A stretch of 64,000 nucleotides of DNA from a virus (lineage: Duplodnaviria > Caudoviricetes), in the IMG/VR virus record IMGVR_UViG_2894708747_000001; one strand, 5' to 3'. Position numbers and translations under genes: made by a program. How positions within the stretch are numbered: the first letter of the stretch is position 1; every line of letters starts with the position of its first letter. Under the pieces are notes generated by a model, which ran no database searches, was not told where the DNA came from, and was given only the letters and a program-made list of their open reading frames with translations. Shown piece after piece: positions 37,406-47,666 of this stretch.

Positions 37406-38800
37406 GTGATAGTCGTGAAAAAGTGGGTTGATGTTAATGAGGGTGACTGGTTTTATCAGGAAATTATGGAGGCATCGCGGATTGAATTAGAGGATGGTAA
37501 GCCATTTGTGTCAGGTATTCCTTATAATGCTTTTAAGGCGGGGGCTCCTTATATTTATGAAGAACATATAGCCACCGAGGGACAGAAGGTTTTTTCGTTA
37601 TCACAAAAAATAGTTCCCACGATAGATAATCCTTTATATGTCTTTATAGATGGGGTACAGACTGTATATGAGAAAGTAGAGGATAATGCTTCAGGGACTT
37701 CAGATGTGACTTTGTATGGGGCTCCTAGAGCGGGGGCGGTAGTGTCTTTTACTAGTTGGGGTATACCTGAGACTGATAAATTTGGTAAACCTACACCACC
37801 TTATACTGGTTATTATCCGAAGTATACTCTAAGTAGAGCTAGTAATTATGTTTATGATAAATTTAATCGGTATTATCAAGAGTATGTTTATGTTTTTGGT
37901 AGGTATTTGCGGCGGGCACCTGTTCCTGATGAGGAGTGGAGTGATCCTTCTATTTGGGAACAGGTAGTTCAAAAGTATATTGGTTATGACACAGATATTT
38001 ATTGTATAACCCCCACAGGGACAGTCTATATGCCGTATAATTTTAATAATGTAACTTGTACGATTGTTTATACAACACAAGAACCGTGGGGGTTAAAGCA
38101 GAATACTGAGCAGTTTAAGCCGACTTCTCCTATGGTTTATTATAATAATAGGTTTTTTCCTAATGCTTATATTACGAGAGCGGAGGCTTATGTTCTCATC
38201 AACCGTTTAAGGAAAACTTTTTATAGTCGTTTTACAGATTTAGAACCTCCTGGTTCTCGTTTGGAGCAGACGATTGTTGCTTATGAAGGGCAGACGGTTT
38301 TTAGGTTGAATGGTACTTATCCTGCGGGGAAAGAAAAGTTGCTAGTTAAAGTAAATGGTGTTAATAAAGAGGCTGGGGTAGATTATCAGGAAACGGATGC
38401 TCATACGGTTACTTTTAATACAGGTTTGCACGAAGGGGATCAGGTTTATTTCTTTTATGAGAAAACGGTAAGCACTAGGTTTGCGGATGTAGGGGTTCCT
38501 ACGAGTATGGTTATCCTAGGTACAGGAGAAGTTATTAAGGAAACAGATTGGTGGACGCAAGATATATTAGCGATGGAAGATGAGGTTATACGCAGTACGG
38601 GTCAACCTTTAATAAGCGGTATTTTATGTTCTTATTTTGATGCTAATGGCAATGTAGTTGTGGATGATATGTATAATCCTTTAGAGGGTACTAGCCAACC
38701 TAAGTTGATGTTTATGCCTGATTCTTTGTTGACACGGGCTGAAGCAGTTACTTTTTTAAATCGTTTTCGCAAGTGGGCGTTGGAGCGATTTAAGTATTAG
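37406..38800 (+). CDS. tail protein with split SLH-like motifs
   Basis: WVDVNEGDWFY...FFPNAYITRAEA; FADV...FMPDSLLTRAEAV. Confidence 0.7.
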   Translation: MIVVKKWVDVNEGDWFYQEIMEASRIELEDGKPFVSGIPYNAFKAGAPYIYEEHIATEGQKVFSLSQKIVPTIDNPLYVFIDGVQTVYEKVEDNASGTSDVTLYGAPRAGAVVSFTSWGIPETDKFGKPTPPYTGYYPKYTLSRASNYVYDKFNRYYQEYVYVFGRYLRRAPVPDEEWSDPSIWEQVVQKYIGYDTDIYCITPTGTVYMPYNFNNVTCTIVYTTQEPWGLKQNTEQFKPTSPMVYYNNRFFPNAYITRAEAYVLINRLRKTFYSRFTDLEPPGSRLEQTIVAYEGQTVFRLNGTYPAGKEKLLVKVNGVNKEAGVDYQETDAHTVTFNTGLHEGDQVYFFYEKTVSTRFADVGVPTSMVILGTGEVIKETDWWTQDILAMEDEVIRSTGQPLISGILCSYFDANGNVVVDDMYNPLEGTSQPKLMFMPDSLLTRAEAVTFLNRFRKWALERFKY

Positions 38801-38807
38801 GTGGTGA

Positions 38808-41800
38808 GTGAGGATGCAACCCATATCAGAGGAATTAAGAAAAATATTGGCAAAGAGATTAAAGGTTAGTAGCTATGAGCGTCCTACTTACAGGGTAGAG
38901 GTAGATCGGTTAGTTTTTATACCTGGGCGGGTGGAAGAAATTCAATCTTTGGCTGAGGATTATCAATTAACAAAAGAAGTAGTACGGACATGGATTGATC
39001 CATCTTCCACTGTTTCTTCTTATATTACGACTGCGGAGGCGGTGTTTCCTCTCCCTGGGCGAACATTAAATGATGTTACCTGCGCTTTTGGGGCCAGGGG
39101 ATATAACGGGCATAGCGGCCTGGATATAGCGGCTGATGTGGGTGAGACGGTGGTGGCCGCCTGGGGTGGTAAGGTAAAGCGAATTGAACGCTGGGATTAT
39201 GAGTCTTACGGACATTGGGTGGAAATTTTGCATGAGGGTGGTATTATCACTCGTTATGCTCATTTAAGTGAGATTTTTGTTAATGTAGGAGATAATGTTA
39301 ATCAAGGTCAGGCTATAGGTAAAGCAGGTAATACAGGTAATGTATGGTTTAGTGGTCATAAGGTTACAGGTAGTTACAATGATCCAAATTCTGAGCGGGC
39401 GCGGGGGCTAGGTTCACACTTACATTTTGAAATATGTTTACCTAACGGTAAAGGTGATATTTATGCTGTAGACCCTGTTCCTTATTTAAATGGTAGCAAG
39501 AAATTATCTTTATCTTCAGGTAATACTGGTGATGGTGTAACTGTAGGGGAGACTTATACAGGTTTACCTGGGGAAGTACGGTTGGATGAACAGTTTGTAA
39601 AACGGGATTGGTACACTGATCCCCGTTACAATTTAGATGCTAATTTCCAAATTTATTCATCATATGACGGAGAGGTACAAAGGTTTGTCTTTGATCCTAA
39701 TACGGTTTCGGAAGATGTTACGGTAGGTTTTAATATTGAGGTGGATATGCAGAGAGCAGGGTTTATGGATTTAAGTTATATGGCTTCTTTGTCTGAGGGG
39801 GATCAGCTTAGAGTTTATGAAAATGGTAATTTAGTGCGGCGGGTGACGGAGTTTAGTGGGGTTGAAGAAGAGTTAAAGGGTATTGCTGTTCCCCAAGGGA
39901 AGAATATAATTAGAATTGAAGTTTTTTGGAAACGGGGTTCGCGGTTGCAAACTTTAGCTTTAAAACATATTCTTATTCAAGAATTAATTGTGCAAGCTCT
40001 AGCTAGAGGTGATAAAACAATAGATAATTTTGATCCGACGAGGGATTTGCCAGGGTCTTCTGTGGCTACTGGTTATTGGGATGTTATGACTATAGATAGT
40101 TTTGTGTTTAATGAGCAACCAGAAAAAGTAAGTTTGCAGGTAGGTCAATTTGTATATATGGATACTTTAACTTTGGATAATGTTCAGAGTATTGAAATAG
40201 ATAGTCAGTTTGATATGGAGGCGGCGGAGGCGCAAATAACGATTTCTAACCCTGATGGTTATTACAGTCCTGATTATAACCCTTATTTATTTCCTGAGTT
40301 ATATAAGGATTCGCCGTTCTCATATTGGACTAATGGTGGTTTTCATGTTGGGGTTTTAAGTGAAAATACCCCGATTCGGATTTATTTAGGTTATGGTATG
40401 AATTTAATGCGGGTGTTTACAGGATTAATTGATCGGGTAGACATGACTGCTGATGGGAATATGACAATATATTGTCGTGATAGGTATAAAAAGATAATGG
40501 ACAAAGTGCTAACGGAGACTAAGCAATATCCTCGTGAGATTGACCCCGCTAATCCGCTAACTAATGCCTCTTGGCGCGATCAGATTATTGCCGCCGCTAA
40601 AAAACATGCGGCGGCGGTTGGCGTCGATTATAAATTCTTATTAGCTATCGCACAACAAGAAACTGCGATGGGTACACAAGGATGGGGGCGGCCTGAGCAG
40701 GGAGGTTATGTTCTTGGCTATGGGTGTTATAGTTCTTCTTACGCTGATCCAGCTTATGCAGGAATTGAAAAGCAGATGTATTATGGAGCCAAACGTATGG
40801 TAGATGCTTTGCGGAGTCGAGGTTTTCAGGTAGATTCCTGGGATGATGTAGAATATTTTCGTTTAGGGGGAGATTTGGGAACAGGATATACCTGGACTTC
40901 AGATGAGAATTGGACTAATAATGTTTGGAGTATTTATAATGAAATAAAAGCTAATCCATCCCAGTGGGATACTAATTATACAGAAAGTGCTTCGGGTACA
41001 GATGATAGCCAGAAAACGGCTTGGCTAAAATCGGCTGTAGTGCAAGATTTAGTAGCCCATGCAGGGATGTTTGGTTGGCGGGCTACTGATGAGGATAGGC
41101 AGTATCCTGATGCAATTATTGAAGAGACTTATTTAATAGAGGTAGATCAAAAACATGGGTATGTTGTAAAGGCGGGGTCAAGTGAAGGAGAATTTATTAC
41201 GGTGCCTATTTCTTCTATACCCACCCCCCAGGGCTGGTTAAATCCCTTTGTAGAAGCCTATGGGAAAAAATTTGAGGCTTATCGTTACAAAGTATCGGAT
41301 TGTATTAATGAAGTAATTGGGGATCTTAATTATCGTTCTTATTGTGATCGTTACGGCACCTATCGCTTAGAACAGCTAAGATTGGATAAGCCTGTTGTGG
41401 CTGAATTTACCGAAAACGAGAATTTACTTACTATCGCAAAGACTGTGGATTTTTCGCGAGCACGTAGCCATTTAGTTATTATTGATGCTGATGGTCGCGC
41501 GGAAAATTTTATTGATAAGGAGATTTTATTGGAGTTAAAAGGAGAGTTGCGGACTGCGGTAATTAGCGTGGGGTGGGCAAAATCTTCGGAAGCGAAAAAA
41601 CAAGTAGCATTACGGGCCTTTTTTGACATGAAGCGGTTGTGCCGTACTTTACAGGTATCTATAGTTGGAAATCCAGCCTTAGATATTTTAGATCGTATAT
41701 TAGTAGTGGATAAACATACTACTACTCGTTCAGTCTATACTATTAAAGGTATTAGGACTAGTTTTTCTAAGGATACAGGTTATATTCAAATTATTGATTT

Positions 41801-41834
41801 AATGTGGTCTGCCGCTGATGGGACGGTGGTATAA
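38808..41834 (+). CDS. tail-associated lysin/hub protein with M23 peptidase and lysozyme-like domains
   Basis: HSGLD, YAHL and HLHFE (M23); VDYKFLLAIAQQET (lytic transglycosylase-like Glu). Confidence 0.82.
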   Translation: MRMQPISEELRKILAKRLKVSSYERPTYRVEVDRLVFIPGRVEEIQSLAEDYQLTKEVVRTWIDPSSTVSSYITTAEAVFPLPGRTLNDVTCAFGARGYNGHSGLDIAADVGETVVAAWGGKVKRIERWDYESYGHWVEILHEGGIITRYAHLSEIFVNVGDNVNQGQAIGKAGNTGNVWFSGHKVTGSYNDPNSERARGLGSHLHFEICLPNGKGDIYAVDPVPYLNGSKKLSLSSGNTGDGVTVGETYTGLPGEVRLDEQFVKRDWYTDPRYNLDANFQIYSSYDGEVQRFVFDPNTVSEDVTVGFNIEVDMQRAGFMDLSYMASLSEGDQLRVYENGNLVRRVTEFSGVEEELKGIAVPQGKNIIRIEVFWKRGSRLQTLALKHILIQELIVQALARGDKTIDNFDPTRDLPGSSVATGYWDVMTIDSFVFNEQPEKVSLQVGQFVYMDTLTLDNVQSIEIDSQFDMEAAEAQITISNPDGYYSPDYNPYLFPELYKDSPFSYWTNGGFHVGVLSENTPIRIYLGYGMNLMRVFTGLIDRVDMTADGNMTIYCRDRYKKIMDKVLTETKQYPREIDPANPLTNASWRDQIIAAAKKHAAAVGVDYKFLLAIAQQETAMGTQGWGRPEQGGYVLGYGCYSSSYADPAYAGIEKQMYYGAKRMVDALRSRGFQVDSWDDVEYFRLGGDLGTGYTWTSDENWTNNVWSIYNEIKANPSQWDTNYTESASGTDDSQKTAWLKSAVVQDLVAHAGMFGWRATDEDRQYPDAIIEETYLIEVDQKHGYVVKAGSSEGEFITVPISSIPTPQGWLNPFVEAYGKKFEAYRYKVSDCINEVIGDLNYRSYCDRYGTYRLEQLRLDKPVVAEFTENENLLTIAKTVDFSRARSHLVIIDADGRAENFIDKEILLELKGELRTAVISVGWAKSSEAKKQVALRAFFDMKRLCRTLQVSIVGNPALDILDRILVVDKHTTTRSVYTIKGIRTSFSKDTGYIQIIDLMWSAADGTVV

Positions 41835-42241
41835 TGGCGGGCGTAACCCATGATTATTTGATTTATCCTATACTGGAATTAATCCACAATGAAATTAGGA
41901 AAATAAATTCTAGTGAAGATAGTGTGGGTGACATTGCGGCTATTACTTTACATCGTGACCATCCTGCAGATCAAGATAAGGTTACAGCGGTTGACTTTGT
42001 TTATGATGATGGACGTACGACTAGTGTTTATCTTCAATATGGTTCAGAGGATGCTTCAACCTATCCCGTGGGAATAACTCCCGATAGCTTAGACTATACT
42101 TATTACTTAATGTGGCGATTGACGGGGGTTATCCTTTCTAATTTTGATCCTTCAGGAAACCTTTTGAGTAGGTATCGGATAGGTTTGCTTTATGATGCGA
42201 AAGGTTTATTGGTAGGAACTGAAGTGAATCGATTAGGGTAG
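41834..42241 (+). CDS. putative tail protein
   Basis: Coupled to the previous gene. Confidence 0.6.
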   Translation: MAGVTHDYLIYPILELIHNEIRKINSSEDSVGDIAAITLHRDHPADQDKVTAVDFVYDDGRTTSVYLQYGSEDASTYPVGITPDSLDYTYYLMWRLTGVILSNFDPSGNLLSRYRIGLLYDAKGLLVGTEVNRLG

Positions 42242-42253
42242 GGGGGTGACAGC

Positions 42254-42661
42254 ATGTTTCAGGTTACTTATCCTGTTGGTGGAGTAATTGATAAAGTAAG
42301 GGAACTTCCTTACCCTCATTTTTCTAAGTTAACTATTCCTTATATACGAGGGCGGCGGTTGGATATTCCTGAAGCGACAGGGGTATATTCGGATACCTAT
42401 TCTTTACCTTTTAAAACGGAGTTTTTATCTATTGCTATAGCTTGTAGTCAGTATTGTGTTGATGATTATTGGGAGTTGACCATTGGGCAGGATAAAATCT
42501 GTGAGACTATTTATACTAAGGAATTACCAGAGAGTGTAAGTATGGGTAATAGTTTTGGGATTGTGTTTCCTATAGCGGCTAATACACCGTTGAAGTTTGA
42601 TTTTTATAATAATAGTGGTAAGGCGAAGCAGGTTTGGTATAATATAAAGTTTTTACGGTAA
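42254..42661 (+). CDS. putative virion structural protein
   Basis: GGGGGG RBS, tail module. Confidence 0.65.
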   Translation: MFQVTYPVGGVIDKVRELPYPHFSKLTIPYIRGRRLDIPEATGVYSDTYSLPFKTEFLSIAIACSQYCVDDYWELTIGQDKICETIYTKELPESVSMGNSFGIVFPIAANTPLKFDFYNNSGKAKQVWYNIKFLR

Positions 42662-42675
42662 GGGGGGCGGTATAG

Positions 42676-44463
42676 TTGCCAGCAGATCAAGTGGCTTGGG
42701 TAGAAGGGGCGGCAGAGGCGGAGAATATTATTACTGCTTTAGTGGATAGCATCGTTAGTGCTACTATACCTTATGAAATAAATAAATGGCAGAAGGTTTT
42801 TAGTAGTGATGCGTATATATGGGTAACGTATAATGAAAATTTTAGAGATAATATACAAGGTATATATAAACATACTGATGGGAATTTATATCCCGTATAT
42901 AAGGTGGGTACAATAAATACTATTAGTAGTAATAATTTAGAATTATGCGATACAGATGGCTATGTGTGGGAAGTAAATTCAAATAATGAAAGGACTGGTA
43001 AAAAGTTTCAGGTAAAAGCTGTTACTTATGTGGATGCGAATGGGGTTTCTCACACTTTACAGGTAACGGGACTGTTGTTAGTAAATGTACTTGATTCTAC
43101 GGAACCGACGGTGGGGGCTAGGTGTTATATTGTTGAGCAGGTACGGCAGGAATTGGATGGAAGTTATAAAGCTGATCCAGAATGGAATGAATTTAAGATT
43201 GTGGCAGAAATGCCTTCTGATTGGAATTATTTACTAACGAGAGATCGGGTACTTTTGTATAATTATTATGGTTCGTATACTTATTTATATAAACCTCCTG
43301 TTTATAGATTTACTGAGAGATATTATACTGCGGATATAAATATTAGTGATAAGGTAGAAGTTTTAAAAATTACTCCTGATCCACCTACAGGATTAACAGC
43401 TAAGAATTTTTATGTAATGTTTAAACATCCTATTGGGCAATATAATTATTTTGATGTTTTATATGGAGAGGGTTTTTTAGGCACGCCTAGTAGCGGCGAT
43501 CCAACTTTAACTTATAAAGATATTTGTGATGTGACGACAGTAGGAAAAGGGAAAACTCCCGTAATTATAGATCAGAAAAAAGCCGAGGCTATGTATAAGC
43601 AGTGGAATGATCCTCAACAAGAAAAGGTTTTTGTGCCGCCTTCTTTTTCCTGGGAGGTGCGATATGGAAGGGAAGTAGTAAGTCCTCCTGCTCACTATTT
43701 TTATGGTTGTAATACTAGTGTGTCAGGGATCGGTTTAGTGTCAAGACGACCAGAGTATCAAGTTAATTATTATCTTTCTATAAATAATAGAAGAATAGCT
43801 ATGATAATTGAAGGCGACCCTGTGCCTGATAGAGAGGGATATTACAGAAGTTTTGGTTATATCGGGCCTATAATTTCTTTTAGTAGTAATGATTACACCA
43901 ATAACTTTGCCGTTACGGTAGGGATGGGGGAATTAAATAAAGACAAGACAGGGTTTGTTTTACAGGACATTGATCAAAATAATAATCCTTTATATACACA
44001 ATATGGGGATTATGCTTCTAATGGTATGTATTCAGTATCTATGTTAAGTACAAAAAGTGGTAGTACGTTATTTCAAGCATTTTATCCATCTTTTAACACT
44101 CCATTACCAAATTATCATGGCGGTTCAATTCCTTCTGGCTTGTATAATCTATTGATAGCGGAAGATTTTTTACAGGCTTCTAGGTGGACAGGAAAATTTC
44201 ATGCGAGCCCAATTTATTTATATCATCAATATGAAGGGTATAGAGGGTATTTGGATGGTGTTTTAGCAATTAGTCCTTACAATCTTACTCATTTAGATGA
44301 ACTAGAGTTTGATACAGGAGAACCTAAAGATCCTGCTAATCCAGAAGTTGGGAATTGGATAGAGGTTTATAAGTTTGTGCGGTTGTTAAGTCCTATTAAT
44401 TTTATGTTGCGATCAGCAAATCCCAATGATATGATGCTTGCAATTTTAAAAGAGGTCAGGTAG
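42676..44463 (+). CDS. virion structural protein (paralogue of the next gene)
   Basis: Shared QASRWTGKxHxSPIY..YEGYRGxLDG and LKEVR. Confidence 0.7.
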   Translation: MPADQVAWVEGAAEAENIITALVDSIVSATIPYEINKWQKVFSSDAYIWVTYNENFRDNIQGIYKHTDGNLYPVYKVGTINTISSNNLELCDTDGYVWEVNSNNERTGKKFQVKAVTYVDANGVSHTLQVTGLLLVNVLDSTEPTVGARCYIVEQVRQELDGSYKADPEWNEFKIVAEMPSDWNYLLTRDRVLLYNYYGSYTYLYKPPVYRFTERYYTADINISDKVEVLKITPDPPTGLTAKNFYVMFKHPIGQYNYFDVLYGEGFLGTPSSGDPTLTYKDICDVTTVGKGKTPVIIDQKKAEAMYKQWNDPQQEKVFVPPSFSWEVRYGREVVSPPAHYFYGCNTSVSGIGLVSRRPEYQVNYYLSINNRRIAMIIEGDPVPDREGYYRSFGYIGPIISFSSNDYTNNFAVTVGMGELNKDKTGFVLQDIDQNNNPLYTQYGDYASNGMYSVSMLSTKSGSTLFQAFYPSFNTPLPNYHGGSIPSGLYNLLIAEDFLQASRWTGKFHASPIYLYHQYEGYRGYLDGVLAISPYNLTHLDELEFDTGEPKDPANPEVGNWIEVYKFVRLLSPINFMLRSANPNDMMLAILKEVR

Positions 44464-44477
44464 GGAGGTAATAATTT

Positions 44478-45557
44478 ATGGCAGATTTTAAATATGTAGA
44501 AACAATTACAAAGTCCCAGGATTTACTTAACACTATTAAAGAAATTTTAACTTTTACTAGTTACCCTTTTGACGCTATGCACGGAGAAACAGAGGTAGCT
44601 AATACTTGGATTATAAAAGAAGAAATTACTGATGTAGCAACAGGTAAAATAAAAGAATTAACAGTACAAGGAAAGACAGCTATTGGTTCAACTACTGTAA
44701 GAAATAAAGATTTTTATGTAAGATTTAAGTTAAATGGTTTTAGTGATGTAAGTAAACATAGTTCAATGACTGTTCAACTTTTAGATGAGTTTAATCCTAC
44801 TAATAATAGTTATGGTGTTAACGGCTATCCTGTGCTTTATGAGTGGGCGCAAGAGAATTATTCTAATTCAGATCGGGATTTTAATTCTCCAGTATATTTA
44901 TACGCAACTATAAGTAATAATAGGATTGCTATGGTTCTAGTAGCTGATCCTGCTATTAATTTTAATGATTATCGAAAATCATTCCTTTATATTGGGGCAA
45001 TTCAACCATTTAAGTTCAATGAGGATGATGTAGATGGTAATATTTTGTTGACGGCGGGGGCGTATAGAAAAGAGCCTAGTTATACTGAAATAGCTATTAA
45101 TAATCCTGATTATTATTTTGGTGAGTTTACAGCTACGGGCAATAATAATTTCCAAATGTTAAAAACAAAAACAGGTATTTTATTTCAAAAGCATTATCCT
45201 GCTTTTATCACTCAGGCCCCTCCCCCTGGAAGTGCTTATGTTGATTCTCAAGTAGGGGATACTGGCGTAAAATTAGAATCACAAGGATTTCAAGCCTCTC
45301 GGTGGACAGGTAAGTATCATATGAGCCCGATTTATGTATACCATCCTTATGAAGGGTATCGCGGTCAATTAGATGGATGTGTGGCCGTTACTAAACATAA
45401 TATTCTTCATCTGGATGAGTTAGTGGTAGATGTAGAAGGGAAGCCGTGGACACAGGAAGTATATCGTTTTTATGATATAAATACTGAGCAATGTTTTACA
45501 AAACATTCAGCGAATATAAATATGGGGTTGGCGGTATTAAAAGAAGTACGGTATTAA
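44478..45557 (+). CDS. virion structural protein
   Basis: Paralogous C-terminal half shared with 42676..44463. Confidence 0.7.
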   Translation: MADFKYVETITKSQDLLNTIKEILTFTSYPFDAMHGETEVANTWIIKEEITDVATGKIKELTVQGKTAIGSTTVRNKDFYVRFKLNGFSDVSKHSSMTVQLLDEFNPTNNSYGVNGYPVLYEWAQENYSNSDRDFNSPVYLYATISNNRIAMVLVADPAINFNDYRKSFLYIGAIQPFKFNEDDVDGNILLTAGAYRKEPSYTEIAINNPDYYFGEFTATGNNNFQMLKTKTGILFQKHYPAFITQAPPPGSAYVDSQVGDTGVKLESQGFQASRWTGKYHMSPIYVYHPYEGYRGQLDGCVAVTKHNILHLDELVVDVEGKPWTQEVYRFYDINTEQCFTKHSANINMGLAVLKEVRY

Positions 45558-45577
45558 GTGCTTGCGTAAGGTGGTGG

Positions 45578-45612
45578 GGAATTTCAGGTATCAATTCTGA
45601 AATTCCTTTTTT
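45578..45612 (+). terminator. intrinsic terminator
   Basis: GGAATTTCAG/CTGAAATTCC followed by T6. Confidence 0.7.
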
Positions 45613-45620
45613 GTTGTGGG

Positions 45621-47654
45621 GTGAGAGAGTTGTCACTTATGACTATTTCTAATGTATATAACTGTAGAGTGTTAGATTTAAATCAATGTCGAGAGACTTT
45701 TTCAGTTGTCGTAGCTATTTATAATAATTTCCATCAAGATAGTTATTATTTTAAATATATACCTTATAGCAGATATAGTAGTATTGTGATGATGGATTAT
45801 CTTTTGGGGAGGAAGGAAATTGTTGATGGTTCATTAATGGCGGAAGTTGCGGCGGTATTAAAAACTGATCTTCCTGGACAAGAAATAGTGTTAATAACAG
45901 GAGATAAGCAGGATATAATCTCAGAGATTACTTTGATAGATGTTGGTTATAAAGAAAGTCAGTCTACTAGTGAGGTATTAGAAGGGTGGGGAGTTAGAGA
46001 ACCTTTATCGGTTGGTGAGGTAAAAAAGAATTTTTTAACTGGTTATGTAGAGGAAGAGAGTGCTATAAGCAATGATTTTGTAACTGGATTGCTTATAATT
46101 CATAAGCATCCTTTAACTATTGATAGGGATTTTCTTTCTTATTATCGTTATGATAGTCACGATTTAATAATAAATTTTAAGTCTGTGGAGGGGCAATCTC
46201 TTAAACGAGATTTAATTGTAACTAGGGATCTTATTTCTTTTGATAGAAAAATAATGCGTGATTTAAACCTAACTAATGACGTAAAGTCGAGGCGATTTAC
46301 CTTAAAGGAAATTGTTCCTAGTTTTTTCATTTCAGGGGGACGTGAAAAAGATAAGAATTTATTTATTGTCGATACGGTCAACGGTGAGCGGTGGTTAATA
46401 AATGGTAAGATAATACCTGTAGAGTTTTTAAAGGGTGGGAGACAGGACGGAGGCCATTTTTTATATGTGCCTGACCATCTTTTAGGTGGTTTTTTATATC
46501 GCATGGCTGTCCTTTTAGAAGGAGTATTGGGTACTAAAAGTAGTTTTAATGGGATAGTGGAGGCAGGTTGGAAGGAAGGCATATCTGGGGGAAAAGGAGT
46601 GTTTGCTGATATTAAAGCTCTTTTAGGTAAGAAGGAAGATGAATATGGAGCAACCCTTTTATACGAACAGGAATTTAGTATTTTAGATAGGGTAAGATTA
46701 GGGTTTGTGGAAGAGGTTATGAAAAAATTGGCGGAGGTAGATAATCAAAAAGCGGCTGTTTCTTTGGTGGATTTGTTGTTGACGGAACGTATATGGCAAG
46801 GATTGGCAGAAGGGGATTTTGATATTATCACAGCAATTCTAGAAAAAGGAAGAAAGGCTCTTATAAATAAAGAGGTTATAACAGGAGTTTCAGAGGAAAG
46901 GTATGCTAAGACAAATATAATTATTCCTGTAGCTTTAAGACAGGAGCTACCGTCAATTATTTACAGTTCTACAGTGGCAGAAAAAGATCCTTTGCCTCTA
47001 ATAGAAGAAAAAGGGTTAATAGCTCTCAAAAAGCCAGGGGAGGCTTCTGAAATTAAACTAGGGTTAGGACAAGGCCTAGTTTATGATTATACTAATGATA
47101 TAGTTGATTTAGGAATGAATCCTGAATTTTGGGTAGGCGGGTTTGGTGTACCTGAAGAGTATAATCCGCTTGATCCTTTAAATCCTTATTATCCGTGGGC
47201 TGATGAAGTTTTTCGCATTGATCAAGGTATTTGGCAACCTGTGGAGGCGGAAGGATGGGAATATGATCCTACTACTAGAGGTTTTATTAATAGCTCGCAG
47301 ATAGAAAGATGTGGATTAGTGTATAGGGATATAAATAGTGATGGTTATATTTTCTGGACTAGTTTTAAAGTAACGGGTTCAGGAGATGATGGTGTAGGAA
47401 TTATTTTTAATTACGTTGATGAAAATAATTATTATAAATTTATTATTAATGGTGGAGATGCAGATTATAGCCTGAGTATGGCGAAACCGATGCAGTTGTA
47501 TAAAGTAATAAGTGGGGTTACGGTGCCCGTTGGGTCGCCGATGGAACCCTTCCCTTGGATAAGGGATAGATGGTATACAATTAAAGTGATCGTAAATGAT
47601 AATCGTATTAGTCTTTATGTAAATAATAAACTAGAGTATGATTTTGTAGAGTAG
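45621..47654 (+). CDS. tail/fibre protein with C-terminal ConA/LamG-like beta-sandwich
   Basis: DDGVGIIFNYVDENNYY...WYTIKVIVNDNRISLYVNN. Confidence 0.65.
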   Translation: MRELSLMTISNVYNCRVLDLNQCRETFSVVVAIYNNFHQDSYYFKYIPYSRYSSIVMMDYLLGRKEIVDGSLMAEVAAVLKTDLPGQEIVLITGDKQDIISEITLIDVGYKESQSTSEVLEGWGVREPLSVGEVKKNFLTGYVEEESAISNDFVTGLLIIHKHPLTIDRDFLSYYRYDSHDLIINFKSVEGQSLKRDLIVTRDLISFDRKIMRDLNLTNDVKSRRFTLKEIVPSFFISGGREKDKNLFIVDTVNGERWLINGKIIPVEFLKGGRQDGGHFLYVPDHLLGGFLYRMAVLLEGVLGTKSSFNGIVEAGWKEGISGGKGVFADIKALLGKKEDEYGATLLYEQEFSILDRVRLGFVEEVMKKLAEVDNQKAAVSLVDLLLTERIWQGLAEGDFDIITAILEKGRKALINKEVITGVSEERYAKTNIIIPVALRQELPSIIYSSTVAEKDPLPLIEEKGLIALKKPGEASEIKLGLGQGLVYDYTNDIVDLGMNPEFWVGGFGVPEEYNPLDPLNPYYPWADEVFRIDQGIWQPVEAEGWEYDPTTRGFINSSQIERCGLVYRDINSDGYIFWTSFKVTGSGDDGVGIIFNYVDENNYYKFIINGGDADYSLSMAKPMQLYKVISGVTVPVGSPMEPFPWIRDRWYTIKVIVNDNRISLYVNNKLEYDFVE

Positions 47655-47666
47655 GGGGTAATTTAG

